This document shows, in pieces, positions 1 through 9,845 of a stretch of DNA of 64,000 nt. Every line of letters begins with the position of its first letter. Positions within the stretch are counted from its first letter, which is position 1. A model generated the notes under the pieces. The model was not told where the DNA came from. It did not search any database and saw only the letters and a list, made by a program, of their open reading frames with translations. The position numbers and the translations under genes were made by a program. Source of the DNA: Phycisphaeraceae bacterium (lineage in GTDB: Bacteria > Planctomycetota > Phycisphaerae > Phycisphaerales > Zrk34); NCBI GenBank assembly GCA_040905565.1, contig JBBDRF010000005.1, positions 131,503 through 195,502 of the forward strand. Direction: 5' to 3'.

Positions 1-246
1 TACCGCGAAGCCGGTTACCGCGCCACCTGGTTCGATCTCGACATGGATGTAACGAGCGGTTCCGAGCATTACACCTGGAACGCACTGAGCGACGGCCGGG
101 CTGGCGTCATCGACCATATCTTCTACAAGGCCACCGGCAACATGCGCGCCACCGACGGCGGCATCGCCATCTGGGACAAATCACTTTCCGACCACCATCC
201 GGTCTGGGCCCAGATCCTCATCACGAACTCCGCCCCCCAGCGGTAG
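1..246 (+). CDS. Endonuclease/exonuclease/phosphatase (EEP) family protein, 3' end only
   Basis: Frame open from base 1; C-terminal EEP motifs IDHIFY and SDHHPV. Confidence 0.75.
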   Translation, partial: YREAGYRATWFDLDMDVTSGSEHYTWNALSDGRAGVIDHIFYKATGNMRATDGGIAIWDKSLSDHHPVWAQILITNSAPQR

Positions 247-372
247 CTACCACTTCTTGCGTTGATCGGGATTGTGCGTCGGGTCCGCAGCCTCGGATCG
301 ACCAATCAGCAGCACGGCGATGATGGTGATGACCGTCACGCCGAAACCGAGGATGAACAGGAACAGTGCCAT
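247..372 (-). CDS. Small single-TM membrane protein (41 aa)
   Basis: MALFLFILGFGVTVITIIAVLLIG hydrophobic stretch; start overlaps upstream stop (TGATG). Confidence 0.6.
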   Translation of the reverse strand: MALFLFILGFGVTVITIIAVLLIGRSEAADPTHNPDQRKKW

Positions 373-545
373 CACCGCGTTCTCCCGCTCAGCATCATCG
401 CGCCGAGGGCAAGGATCGACGGCACCCAGATCGCGACAAACACCCCTTCCTCCCGCCTCCCACTGAACCACAAAGTTACCGAAGTAAGAAACGAGATTCC
501 GGCAGCGGCGAGGAAGAGTAAGCGAGCGTTGCGGTACCGATCCAT
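372..545 (-). CDS. Small two-TM membrane protein (57 aa)
   Basis: AAGGAG RBS; two hydrophobic segments; GVFVAIWVPSILALG. Confidence 0.65.
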   Translation of the reverse strand: MDRYRNARLLFLAAAGISFLTSVTLWFSGRREEGVFVAIWVPSILALGAMMLSGRTR

Positions 546-728
546 CGAGTAGCTCCTTCTGTTCGCACCCCGAGCCGACGGGTGCCGAAGGGCCCTATCC
601 GCGATTCCTGCGGGGCTAAACCGAACTGCAGGATTGTGCTGGCCTGGCCTCTGTAATTCGACGGGGAGATCGCCGGTGAACACGGCCCGTAGCCGCCCGT
701 GCCGCAGCCCGGCATCTCCCCAAGCCCG

Positions 729-1460
729 TCAATCGTCCTGGTGTGGGTCGAACGCCATCGCTCGAGGAAAGAGGATGCTGTTCTCCTTGTGAACGTGACG
801 GTGCATGTCGCTTTCGAGTTCGCGGAGCCCGTCGAGCGTGGCGCGAAACGTGTTGCAGGCCTCGGCAGGCGGCGTGAAACCATCAGTCAGCTTGCGGATC
901 CTCTCCAGCGCGTGACCGGCATCGTCGTGCTCGTGTTCCATCACGGCGATCGCCTTGTCGATCCCCGAACCGTTCACGCCGTTTGCAGGAAGTTCGCCGC
1001 TTTCGAGGGCGCGGATGAGCGGGAACAGCATCTGCTCCTCCTTCATCATGTGCGACTCAAGCTCAGCTGCGAATCCCGCGAAGACGCCGTCGACTTCGAG
1101 CATCCACGGATACCCCTCGCCATGCACCGCAGCAACCTTGCGAACCATCGTCTTCAGCCGCGGCAGCTCCCGCTTGAGGTAAGCGTGATGCGTCTGCTCG
1201 ATGTGGTCGGCCAGTTCGGTCAGGCTCGCCTGCGACCAGTCCTTTTCCGCGGGGCGGGATTCGCCGTCCTCCGTCGCCAGCAGAACATTCAGCACCATGG
1301 CGGGGTCAAGCCCCTTGTCGGCGCAGGCCTTGGCGAGGGGCTTTTTGCCGCCACAGCAATAGTCGATGCCGAGGCGTTCAAAGGCACGGGATCGGCTGGG
1401 TCGCTGGGTCACCAGTTCGCCGACGGTGGTCTCGATAGTGGGACTGTTGGTGATGCTCAT
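729..1460 (-). CDS. ric: Iron-sulfur cluster repair di-iron protein (Ric/YtfE/ScdA family)
   Basis: GIDYCCGG, HH, HMMKEE.MLFP, EHD and H.HKENSILF motifs; AGGAGG RBS before MSITN. Confidence 0.92.
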   Translation of the reverse strand: MSITNSPTIETTVGELVTQRPSRSRAFERLGIDYCCGGKKPLAKACADKGLDPAMVLNVLLATEDGESRPAEKDWSQASLTELADHIEQTHHAYLKRELPRLKTMVRKVAAVHGEGYPWMLEVDGVFAGFAAELESHMMKEEQMLFPLIRALESGELPANGVNGSGIDKAIAVMEHEHDDAGHALERIRKLTDGFTPPAEACNTFRATLDGLRELESDMHRHVHKENSILFPRAMAFDPHQDD

Positions 1461-1570
1461 GGGAACGGCCTCCTTCTGAGGATGGGGTGAGCGTGGGGCT
1501 AGGTCCGGCGTTCTTATTTCCGATCGCCGATCATTCAGGCCCTTGACTTGAAGCTTACCGTCGCTAAACT

Positions 1571-1592
1571 GGATGTCAAGGTACAGATATCC
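1571..1592. promoter_or_regulatory. Imperfect palindrome between divergent ric and hemerythrin genes; candidate repressor operator
   Basis: GGATGTC-N8-GATATCC, one mismatch. Confidence 0.35.
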
Positions 1593-1614
1593 TATTTTCT
1601 CGCGAGGTGCCACG

Positions 1615-2106
1615 ATGCCAAGCTACAAGACCCCACCGCTCAAGCGTCATCCATCGCTGCAACCGCTGTCGCGTGACCATTATGTGGGCCTGGTGCAGGG
1701 GCGTCGGCTGATCAAGTCCGGCGACGCCGACCCGACCGAGCGTCGCGCCGCCGTGGCCGCTTTCGTCGATGCCTGGCACACCGACATCGCTCAGCACTTC
1801 GCCGATGAGGAACGCCTGCTTGCCCCGCTCGCCAGCCCCGAAGATCGCCAACGGCTCGACGCTGAGCACGCCCACCTTCGCGAGCTGGCAGCCGAAGCGA
1901 AGCAGCGCCGTCGACTGATCGATCCGGGCGAGGCGTGGGTCGTGAGCCTCGGGCAGACGCTGACCGATCACATACGCTGGGAAGAGCGCACCTTCTTCCC
2001 CGCACTAGAGTCGGCAGCCGGATCGCAGCTCGAAGCGCTGCGCGGCGAAGCGGACCGACTCGAAGCCTCCCGGCCGCGCGGGCGGGACGCGAACCAGACG
2101 CGGTGA
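1615..2106 (+). CDS. Hemerythrin/HHE domain protein
   Basis: LKRHPSLQPLSRDH, HFADEE, EH and HIRWEER..FP motifs; GAGG RBS. Confidence 0.85.
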   Translation: MPSYKTPPLKRHPSLQPLSRDHYVGLVQGRRLIKSGDADPTERRAAVAAFVDAWHTDIAQHFADEERLLAPLASPEDRQRLDAEHAHLRELAAEAKQRRRLIDPGEAWVVSLGQTLTDHIRWEERTFFPALESAAGSQLEALRGEADRLEASRPRGRDANQTR

Positions 2107-2271
2107 ACCCGCTTGACCAGAGGGCGGCACCCCGTAGAGTGAAATTATGCAGCCGAAATCTCTATATCCCCGAACATGAACTGTATCGGGCAAAACAGAG
2201 AGAGAGGCAACGAGATAGTTTGGCAACTTTTCAGGGGCCTTGGGTCCCAATTTCGAAGGAGCAGATAAGCG

Positions 2272-2859
2272 ATGTATTCATGGCGAATTTTCACGGCTGT
2301 GCTGGCCCTGACGGCGGCGACCGTGGTCATTGGATGTGGCAACGAAGGCGATCCGGCCCCCCAGCCGACCGCCGAGCCCGAGGCGACCGAGGCCACCGAG
2401 GAGACGGCGCAGCAGAACGAGAGCGAAGTGATTCCCGAGGCGATGCAGGCATTCGAAGATGATGGCAACGTCGCCGAGATCACCATCGAAGGCAACGATC
2501 TCATGCAGTTCGACACCAACCGCTTCACCGTGGCTCCCGGCCAAATGGTGCGGCTGACCCTTAAGCACGTCGGCCAACTGCCGGCACAGGCGATGGGGCA
2601 CAACGTGGTCGTCCTCAATGCCGACGAAGATATCTACGAGTTCGGCGCCGACGTCGGCGAGGCAGGCGGCGGGCTGCACAACGAGTACGTGCCCCAGGAA
2701 CTGCGCGACCGCGTCATCGCCTTCACCACGATGATCGGCGGCGGGGAAACCACGACCGTCGAATTCCGCGCCCCCACCGAACCCAACGACTACCCGTACC
2801 TCTGCTCGTTCCCCGGCCACTTCGGGCAAATGAACGGCATCATGGCCGTCGAAGAATGA
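2272..2859 (+). CDS. Azurin/auracyanin-like blue copper lipoprotein
   Basis: Lipobox-like VIGC; type-1 Cu ligands MGHN...CSFPGH...M; AAGGAG RBS. Confidence 0.88.
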   Translation: MYSWRIFTAVLALTAATVVIGCGNEGDPAPQPTAEPEATEATEETAQQNESEVIPEAMQAFEDDGNVAEITIEGNDLMQFDTNRFTVAPGQMVRLTLKHVGQLPAQAMGHNVVVLNADEDIYEFGADVGEAGGGLHNEYVPQELRDRVIAFTTMIGGGETTTVEFRAPTEPNDYPYLCSFPGHFGQMNGIMAVEE

Positions 2860-2930
2860 TCGCCACGCGTCGAAACACAACGGCCGGTCGGCCTGCGACC
2901 CGTCATGCAAGCGCCCAGAAGGAGTCTGCA

Positions 2931-4826
2931 ATGAAGATTTTCCGTCACCTCGCGATCACCGCCCTGCTGCTGGCGACAGCGGCATTCGTCACCGGTTGCG
3001 CCGACACCGAAACCGCCAACCAGACCACGGCCGAAGCCGCCTCAGCTGCTGAGCAAACTTACGTTGCGCCCGGCGAAATGGACGAATACTACCTGTTCTA
3101 TTCCGGCGGCCACGGCGGCGACGTCCGCGTCGCAGGTATCCCCTCTATGCGGCACATCAAAACCATCCCCGTGTTCAACCCCAATGCCGCCTACGGCTAC
3201 GGCTATGACGACAAAACCCGTGAGATGCTCGGCGAATACACCTGGGGCGACGTACATCACCCTGCCCTCTCTAAGACCGATGGCAACTATGACGGCCGCT
3301 GGCTCTTCGTCAACGACAACGCGCACAACCGCGTCGCACGCATCTCGCTGACCGATTTCAAAACCAAGCAGATCCTCGGCCCGATCCCCAATACCTCCGG
3401 CAACCACGGGGCGTCGTTCATCACCGAGAACAGCGAGTACCTCTTCGGCGGCTCACGCTTCGCCATGCCGCTGCCTCGTGGCACAGCCGCACCGCTCGAG
3501 AACTTCGCCGACGAATACAACGGCGTCATCACCGCCGTCAGCATCGACCAGGAGACCGGCGAGATGGACGTCGCCTGGCAGATTCTCACACCCCCCTTCC
3601 ACTGGGACCTCTCCTCGACTGGCAAGGGCCCCAGCTCCGGATGGTTCTTCGTGACTTCCTACAACACCGAGATGGCGCACAACCGACTCGAGGTCGAAGC
3701 CAGTCAGCTCGAGCGTGACATGGCGGCGTTCATCAACTGGGAGCGCGCGGCTGAGGCGGTTGAACAGGGCCAGTATGAAGAGATCGACGGCGTGCCCGTA
3801 ATCGATCCCGCCCAGGTCGAAGGCGTGATGTACTACGTCCCGCTCGCCAAGTCCCCCCACGGCATCGATGTCGATCCGACCGGCGAATGGATCGTCGGCG
3901 GCGGCAAGCTCGAACCTTCCGCCACCGTCTACAACTTCCAGTCCTTCCTTGATGCCGTCGAAGCTGAGGATTTCGAGGATGAGAAACGTGGCGTGCCGGT
4001 GGTGCGTCATGATGCGGTCGTCGAGGGCATCGTCCCCGTCGGACTCGGCCCGCTGCACACGCAGTTCGACGGCAAAGGCAACGCGTACACCACGCTGTTC
4101 ATCGACTCCAAGATCGCCAAGTTCCGCCTGCCTCCGTGGACTGATGAAGAAAAGGCCGACCTCGAACAGGTCGTGACCGATCGCATTGACGTCCACACCA
4201 ACCCCGGCCATCTGGTCGTCGCCGGCAGTGACACAGCCGAGCCGTACGGCGAGTGGATGGTTTCGATGAATAAGGACGCGGCAGGCCGACACCTGCCGAC
4301 CGGGCCGCAGATTCCCGAGACCAGCCAGTTGATCGACATTACCGGCGACAAAATGAAGATGGTCTACGAAGCGTTCACCGATAAAGAACCGCACTTCGCG
4401 CAGATCATCCGGGCGGACAAACTCGAACCCGTCGGCTTCTATCGCCGCTCCGCCAACGATCACCCCCACCAGGCATGGACCGAAGCCGATACCTACGTCG
4501 AGCGGAACGGCAACGAGGTCGACGTCGCCATGCGGGCGGTGCGAAGCAACTTCACCCCCGACGCCCTCGAATTCCGCCAGGGTGACACCGTGCGATTCCA
4601 CATCACCAACGTCGAGCAGACCCACGGCATGAGCCACGGCTTCGGCGTCGGCCAGCACAACGTCAACGTCGACATCAGTGCCGGCGACACACGCACCGTC
4701 ACCATGAAGATGGACAAGACCGGCGTATTCCCCTTCTATTGCACCGTTTTCTGCTCGGCACTGCACCAGGAAATGCAAGGCTACTTCGTGGTCTATCCGC
4801 AGGATGAATACCCCGGCGACCAGTAA
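2931..4826 (+). CDS. nosZ: Nitrous oxide reductase, clade II (no Tat signal)
   Basis: Seven CuZ His (DVHH, NHG, PHG, GPLH, PGH, EPH); CuA H...CTVFCSALHQEM; signal ending FVTGC; AAGGAG RBS. Confidence 0.96.
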   Translation: MKIFRHLAITALLLATAAFVTGCADTETANQTTAEAASAAEQTYVAPGEMDEYYLFYSGGHGGDVRVAGIPSMRHIKTIPVFNPNAAYGYGYDDKTREMLGEYTWGDVHHPALSKTDGNYDGRWLFVNDNAHNRVARISLTDFKTKQILGPIPNTSGNHGASFITENSEYLFGGSRFAMPLPRGTAAPLENFADEYNGVITAVSIDQETGEMDVAWQILTPPFHWDLSSTGKGPSSGWFFVTSYNTEMAHNRLEVEASQLERDMAAFINWERAAEAVEQGQYEEIDGVPVIDPAQVEGVMYYVPLAKSPHGIDVDPTGEWIVGGGKLEPSATVYNFQSFLDAVEAEDFEDEKRGVPVVRHDAVVEGIVPVGLGPLHTQFDGKGNAYTTLFIDSKIAKFRLPPWTDEEKADLEQVVTDRIDVHTNPGHLVVAGSDTAEPYGEWMVSMNKDAAGRHLPTGPQIPETSQLIDITGDKMKMVYEAFTDKEPHFAQIIRADKLEPVGFYRRSANDHPHQAWTEADTYVERNGNEVDVAMRAVRSNFTPDALEFRQGDTVRFHITNVEQTHGMSHGFGVGQHNVNVDISAGDTRTVTMKMDKTGVFPFYCTVFCSALHQEMQGYFVVYPQDEYPGDQ

Positions 4827-4924
4827 ACCCGCACGCCCACACCGGTCGACGCAGGAAGCCTTGCCCCAGCGTCGACCGGCACGCCGCGGTGCGGCCCTCA
4901 TCGCGCGGTTAAGGAACTTTCCAA

Positions 4925-5581
4925 ATGTCTCACGCGCCGGTCTACCCGATACGCAGCCGACCACGATTCGTCGACAGACGCCTCAACTGGCTCTCCCGGC
5001 TGTGGATCTTTATCGCCATCGCCTGCCTCGCCGCCAGCTTCTTTTTCCCACTCTGGCACATCAATCTCGTCGCCCCGCAATACCGCGACGGCCTGGATAT
5101 GTGGATCTACAGCTACCAACTCGTCGGCGGCAACGAGGGGCAGGACCTCTTCGAAATCAACCTCCTCAACCACTACATCGGCATGCAGGAAATCCACGAA
5201 GCCGACTTCCTGGAAATGCAGATCATCCCATTCGCACTCGGCTTTTTCATTCTCTTCGGCCTGCGCGCCATCGCCTTCGGCACGATGAGCAACCTCATCG
5301 ACCACCTCGCGCTGTTCTTCTACTTCTCCATGTTCTCACTGGCCACCTTCGTCTACCGTCTCTATTCCTACGGCCATCACCTTGATCCGCGCGCACCCAT
5401 CACCGTCGAACCGTTCTGGCCGACGCTCATCGGCACCAAGCAGATCGCGAATATGACGCAGACGAGTCTGCCCGGCGGCGGAAGCTATCTGCTCGGAGCT
5501 GCTGTGCTGTGCCTGCTACTGGGCGTTTTCCATTCACGCAACGAGCGAGCGTTCTACCAGACCGTCGCGGAGCCGGCGTGA
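4925..5581 (+). CDS. nosB: NosB-type membrane protein of clade II nos clusters
   Basis: PLW.I.L.APQY..GL and INLLNHYIGM motifs; about 4 TM segments; lies between nosZ and nosD. Confidence 0.75.
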   Translation: MSHAPVYPIRSRPRFVDRRLNWLSRLWIFIAIACLAASFFFPLWHINLVAPQYRDGLDMWIYSYQLVGGNEGQDLFEINLLNHYIGMQEIHEADFLEMQIIPFALGFFILFGLRAIAFGTMSNLIDHLALFFYFSMFSLATFVYRLYSYGHHLDPRAPITVEPFWPTLIGTKQIANMTQTSLPGGGSYLLGAAVLCLLLGVFHSRNERAFYQTVAEPA

Positions 5582-6909
5582 TGAAATCGCATCGGCAACC
5601 GTGGCGACCCAGCGTGACCGCCCTGCTTCTCGTGGCGCTGATAACTCTTTCGGCCGTCGGCGAAACCAGCCGCGTCCTCCCCGGCGACGATCTGCAACAA
5701 GCGATCGACGCAGCCGACGAAGGCGAAACGCTGCTGCTTACAGCCGGGGTGCATCGCGGGCCGGTCACGGTGAGCCAGCCTCTGACGCTTCGAGGCGAGG
5801 GCGACGCAAGCATCGTCGGCACCGGCATCGGCAGCGTTCTCACGGTCGAGGCTGACCGCGTGCGCGTTGAGCAGCTCGAGATTCGCGGCTCCGGACGCGA
5901 CCTTTCCAAGGACGACGCGGGCATCCTTATTACCGGCGATAAAGCGCGGATAATCGACGTTACGCTGCATAACAACCTCCACGGCATCTACGTTCGCGGC
6001 GGCAAGAACGTCCGGCTCGTCGGCAACACCGTCGTCGGCCTCGCCGCGACGGAAGAGACCCCGCGCGTCATCGGCGGCGAGGCGGCGAACCGCGACGACG
6101 GCATCCACCATAGCCCGCCCGGCGTCCGCGCCCTCATGGGCAACGGCCTGCATCTGTGGGACGCCAACGGTGCCATCGTCGACAACAACCTCGTCCAGCA
6201 CGTCCGCGACGGCATCTACGTCGCCCACACCCACCAGGCGGAATTCCGCCGGAACCGAATCCACCATTCACGCTACGCCATCCACTACATGTACTCCTCA
6301 GACAACGTCGTGGCCGACAACGAACTGTGGCGCAACGTCGCCGGGGCCGCCTTGATGTTCTCGCAAAACCTTGACGTCCACGGCAACATCCTGCGAGACC
6401 ACAGCGGCTTCCGCGCCTACGGCCTGCTGCTTCAGAACGTCGACGCCTCCCGCTTCCACGACAACGCCATCCGTGGCAACCGCGTCGGCCTTCGCCTGCA
6501 GAACAGCAGCACCAATACCTTTCGCGATAACCGCGTCGTCGGCAACCTCGCAGGGATGACGCTGAATAGTTCCTCGCGGGAGAACCAATTCACACGCAAC
6601 CGTATTGGGCCGAACCTTCGGCAGATCGAACTCACCGGCCCTGCCCCGCCGACCGAATGGTCTGTCGCCGGCGTCGGCAATCGCTGGTCCGGCGTGCTGC
6701 CGATGGACCTCACCGGCGACGGCATCTCGCAGTGGCCTCATCACGAGGTCGACCTGATGGCGGAGCGGCGGGAGGAGTTCCCTTACGTCCAGCTGCTAAC
6801 GGGCAGTCCGGGAATTCGTGCCGTCGAATGGTCGCTCAGCCGGGCGCCGGTGCCGGGCATGCGGTTCATCACCGATCCTCATCCGTTAACCCGGGATCGT
6901 GATGATTGA
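5581..6909 (+). CDS. nosD: Nitrous oxide reductase maturation protein NosD
   Basis: Beta-helix repeats; RDGIY, RYAIHYMYS, GAALMFS, GN.W and D..PL motifs. Confidence 0.92.
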   Translation: MKSHRQPWRPSVTALLLVALITLSAVGETSRVLPGDDLQQAIDAADEGETLLLTAGVHRGPVTVSQPLTLRGEGDASIVGTGIGSVLTVEADRVRVEQLEIRGSGRDLSKDDAGILITGDKARIIDVTLHNNLHGIYVRGGKNVRLVGNTVVGLAATEETPRVIGGEAANRDDGIHHSPPGVRALMGNGLHLWDANGAIVDNNLVQHVRDGIYVAHTHQAEFRRNRIHHSRYAIHYMYSSDNVVADNELWRNVAGAALMFSQNLDVHGNILRDHSGFRAYGLLLQNVDASRFHDNAIRGNRVGLRLQNSSTNTFRDNRVVGNLAGMTLNSSSRENQFTRNRIGPNLRQIELTGPAPPTEWSVAGVGNRWSGVLPMDLTGDGISQWPHHEVDLMAERREEFPYVQLLTGSPGIRAVEWSLSRAPVPGMRFITDPHPLTRDRDD

Positions 6910-7564
6910 AGCCCGCGACATCGTCAAGACCTACGGCCATCGCAGAGTCCTCGACGGCGCATCACTTGCCGTCAGCCCCGGCGAATGCGTGGTGCTGACC
7001 GGCGACAACGGCAGCGGCAAGACCACCCTGCTGCACGCGATGGTCGGTCTCCGCAACATCGACTCCGGGGGCGTACTCTGGCACGATCGGCGCCTCACCG
7101 GGGCCGGTCGTCGGACGTGGCAACGGGCCCGCGCCGCTTGGGGATTTCTGCCACAGCAGGTCGTGCTGCCTCCGACAGCTCCGGTCGAACGTCTGCTCCG
7201 CTTCTACGCACGGCTGCGCGGCATGAGCACGAGGCCCGCGTACGAATGGCTCGAACGCGTGGGCCTCAACGGCACGGAGAAACAGAGGGTTCAGGCCCTT
7301 TCGGGAGGCATGCAGCAACGGCTGGGCATCGCCCTGACCTTCTACTGTGAGCCGGCTTTGATCATCATGGATGAGCCAGCCAGCAGCCTCGACCCCGGCT
7401 GGCGCGGTCAGCTTGCGACATGGGTCACTGAGCAGACGCAGCGCGGGGCCGGCGTTCTGGTGACCAGTCAACTGCATGAAACCTGGCGCGAGAGCGTGCG
7501 CTTTCTGCACTGCGAGGCCGGCCGAATTGTCGACCGACACGAGAACTCGGAGGCGCAGCCGTGA
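6902..7564 (+). CDS. nosF: ABC ATPase NosF
   Basis: GDNGSGKT, LSGGMQQR and IIMDEP; follows nosD. Confidence 0.85.
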   Translation: MIEARDIVKTYGHRRVLDGASLAVSPGECVVLTGDNGSGKTTLLHAMVGLRNIDSGGVLWHDRRLTGAGRRTWQRARAAWGFLPQQVVLPPTAPVERLLRFYARLRGMSTRPAYEWLERVGLNGTEKQRVQALSGGMQQRLGIALTFYCEPALIIMDEPASSLDPGWRGQLATWVTEQTQRGAGVLVTSQLHETWRESVRFLHCEAGRIVDRHENSEAQP

Positions 7565-8328
7565 GTCGTATCCTCGCCGTTTATCAGTGGGATTTGATGC
7601 AAGGCTTGCGCAACCGCTTCATGCAGGTGTTCGCCGTGGCGTGCGTGATGGGTGGGTCGGCTCTGCTCGCCGCTTCGCCGGGGCCTGAGACGCTGCCGCT
7701 GGTGCTGATCCAGACGATGCTGTTTTTCGGATCGCTTTTTGCGTTTCTCATCGGCTGGGGCAGCGGTCAGCAGGCACGCTCGCAAGCGGGCTTCCTCTTC
7801 GCACAGCCGTTGACGAGCGGCGAACTGGTGACCGGAAAACTGCTCGGCACCGGAACATGGTGCATTCTGCTGCTCGCGCTGTTCATGGGCCCCGCGGTGC
7901 TGCGGGCGGGGATGCCGGAAACGGTTTTGGCGCTCGGGGCGCTGGCGGCGGGTTTTCTGCTGGTGTGCCTGCTCGGCGGGCTGGCGATCGGGCTGCTGGC
8001 CGCTCCGGTTTCGGGGTTGCTTTCCGTGTTGATCGCGTGGGCCGTCACCGTCGCGGGATGGGAACTGGGGCTGCTCGTCCTAAGCGAAGCGGCGTGGATG
8101 CAGGAGATGCCGGGCCTGTTTGTCACGCTGCTGCTTTTGAACCCTGCCGGCGCGTTCCGCGTCGCAGCCATGATTGGGCTGGAGGCGGTGCCGTTTGATG
8201 CCGGCGAACTGGAAACCGGCCGTTGGGCCTTCGATAATATCATGCTGGTCGCCGTGGCCGTCTTCGCAGCGTGGGTCGCTGTGCTGGCCACGGGGGCGGC
8301 CTATATACTGAATCGCCAACAATTCTGA
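7561..8328 (+). CDS. nosY: ABC permease NosY
   Basis: Multi-TM; AQPL...GK and LNP...R motifs; GTGA overlap with nosF. Confidence 0.8.
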   Translation: MSRILAVYQWDLMQGLRNRFMQVFAVACVMGGSALLAASPGPETLPLVLIQTMLFFGSLFAFLIGWGSGQQARSQAGFLFAQPLTSGELVTGKLLGTGTWCILLLALFMGPAVLRAGMPETVLALGALAAGFLLVCLLGGLAIGLLAAPVSGLLSVLIAWAVTVAGWELGLLVLSEAAWMQEMPGLFVTLLLLNPAGAFRVAAMIGLEAVPFDAGELETGRWAFDNIMLVAVAVFAAWVAVLATGAAYILNRQQF

Positions 8329-8371
8329 CGGTGCGGCCACACGAAAACGCCCGTCATCCTGAGGTTTGAAG

Positions 8372-9283
8372 ATGAACGAAAATCCCCAAAGTTCCACCCG
8401 TTGGATCGTGTCCGCCCTGGTGATTGTCGCGGCAATCGCAGTCGGCTGGTACCTCGGCAGCCGGGTCAATGAAGATCCGGAGACGCCACCTGGCGCAGCC
8501 GATTCCACGGAGCCGACCGGCGAGGTCCATCGCGATGTGGCCGGGCGTGTGGTTCGCGTTGATGCTGAGGAGGGCATGTTTCGTGTCGACCACGAAGAGA
8601 TTGAGGGCTTCATGGCGGCGATGGTCATGGACATCGACGTGGTTGACCCAGCGGAACTTGAGGGGCTGGAGCCCGGCGACGAGGTCCTGTTCGACCTCGC
8701 CCGCATCGGCAATACGTACAAGGCCATCCGCATTCGACGCGTCGACGACGATGGCAGCGTCCCCGCGCCGAGCGACACTGAAGCACCGCCCGCTGACCCC
8801 CTCGGCAGCGGCGACCTCGTGCCGAACCTCAACTTGTACGATGCCCAGGGGCAGCCGTTCAACCTGCACGACCTCGAGCCCCGGCATAAGGTCGTCACGT
8901 TCTTCTACGCGCGGTGCCCGCTCGAGACCTTCTGCCCGGCACAGTCACAGCAATTGGCGGAGTTGCAGGGGCAACTTGATCAAAGTGGAAGCGAACTGCA
9001 CCTGCTCAGCCTGACCCTCGACGCCGAGCATGACGGGGCTTCGGTCCTCCAGGGTTACGCTGAACGATTCGAGGCCGACCCGTCTCGCTGGACACTTGCC
9101 AGTGGCGACGACCCCGAAGCGATTCGTGACTTCGCCCACCGCGCCGGCGCTCGCATCCTGCCGCAATCAGACAGTTATCAGATCGACCACGCCCTGGTCG
9201 CCCTGCGGCTCGACGGCAACCGCATCGTCGACCGTGTCTATGGTCTCGATGCCATCGAAACGATGATACGACAGATAAGGTGA
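8372..9283 (+). CDS. CusF-like copper-binding domain fused to SCO1/SenC domain
   Basis: N-terminal TM; HEEIEGFMAAMVM; FFYARCPLETFCP; IDH. Confidence 0.82.
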   Translation: MNENPQSSTRWIVSALVIVAAIAVGWYLGSRVNEDPETPPGAADSTEPTGEVHRDVAGRVVRVDAEEGMFRVDHEEIEGFMAAMVMDIDVVDPAELEGLEPGDEVLFDLARIGNTYKAIRIRRVDDDGSVPAPSDTEAPPADPLGSGDLVPNLNLYDAQGQPFNLHDLEPRHKVVTFFYARCPLETFCPAQSQQLAELQGQLDQSGSELHLLSLTLDAEHDGASVLQGYAERFEADPSRWTLASGDDPEAIRDFAHRAGARILPQSDSYQIDHALVALRLDGNRIVDRVYGLDAIETMIRQIR

Positions 9284-9291
9284 GACCCCAT

Positions 9292-9313
9292 TCGGGGGCG
9301 ATGTCCCCCCCGA
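9292..9313 (+). terminator. GC hairpin after the nos operon
   Basis: TCGGGGG/CCCCCGA stem; no U-tract. Confidence 0.3.
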
Positions 9314-9575
9314 CCGACTGTCGAGCGTCATGATCCGTTGCGAACAGATCGCGAAAAAGGCTGAGCAGGAACTCACCACCTATGCGAAGCTGGCTCGTCT
9401 TCGGGTGGGTTCACGTCCAGCCCCGGAACGGGGGCGCGCGCCAGTCCGCCTGCGTCCGGCGCTGTCAACCACTGGCACAGCGCCTCGCGAGCGGGCCGCG
9501 AATGCATCTGCCGTAAGTCACGATTCATGCGAGCCTGTGGACAGGCCGTGTCAAGCCTGAACAGGCAGAGGCGAA

Positions 9576-9613
9576 AAAGCGGGCGAAGGGATTCGAACCC
9601 TCGACATTCAGCT
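9576..9613 (-). repeat. tRNA-Gly 3' fragment (att-like), copy 1
   Basis: 38 bp identical to 29404-29441; T-arm GGTTCGAATCC and acceptor 3' strand. Confidence 0.85.
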
Positions 9614-9845
9614 GACTGAGCAGACGCGCGGCGACCAAGGTGCGCCCGATACGGGGCATAGAGGGGCCCCGGGGGCCGACTGTCTAATGGGACCAACGAA
9701 AACGTACCCAAGCCCACACGAACGGAGGCGACCCAATGAGAACGAAGATCATAGCCCCCACGGCACCAACGTGAGCAATGCTGAGTACGACCGACTCATC
9801 CCGCCGGCATCAGTCGGCTTGAGCCGCAGCACAACAGCGATGGTT

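Noticed and set aside
2107..2271. FNR/Dnr box or sigma-54 promoter upstream of the nos cluster
   Set aside because: No TTGAT-N4-ATCAA seen; TGGCAAC at about 2221 lacks a correctly spaced GC
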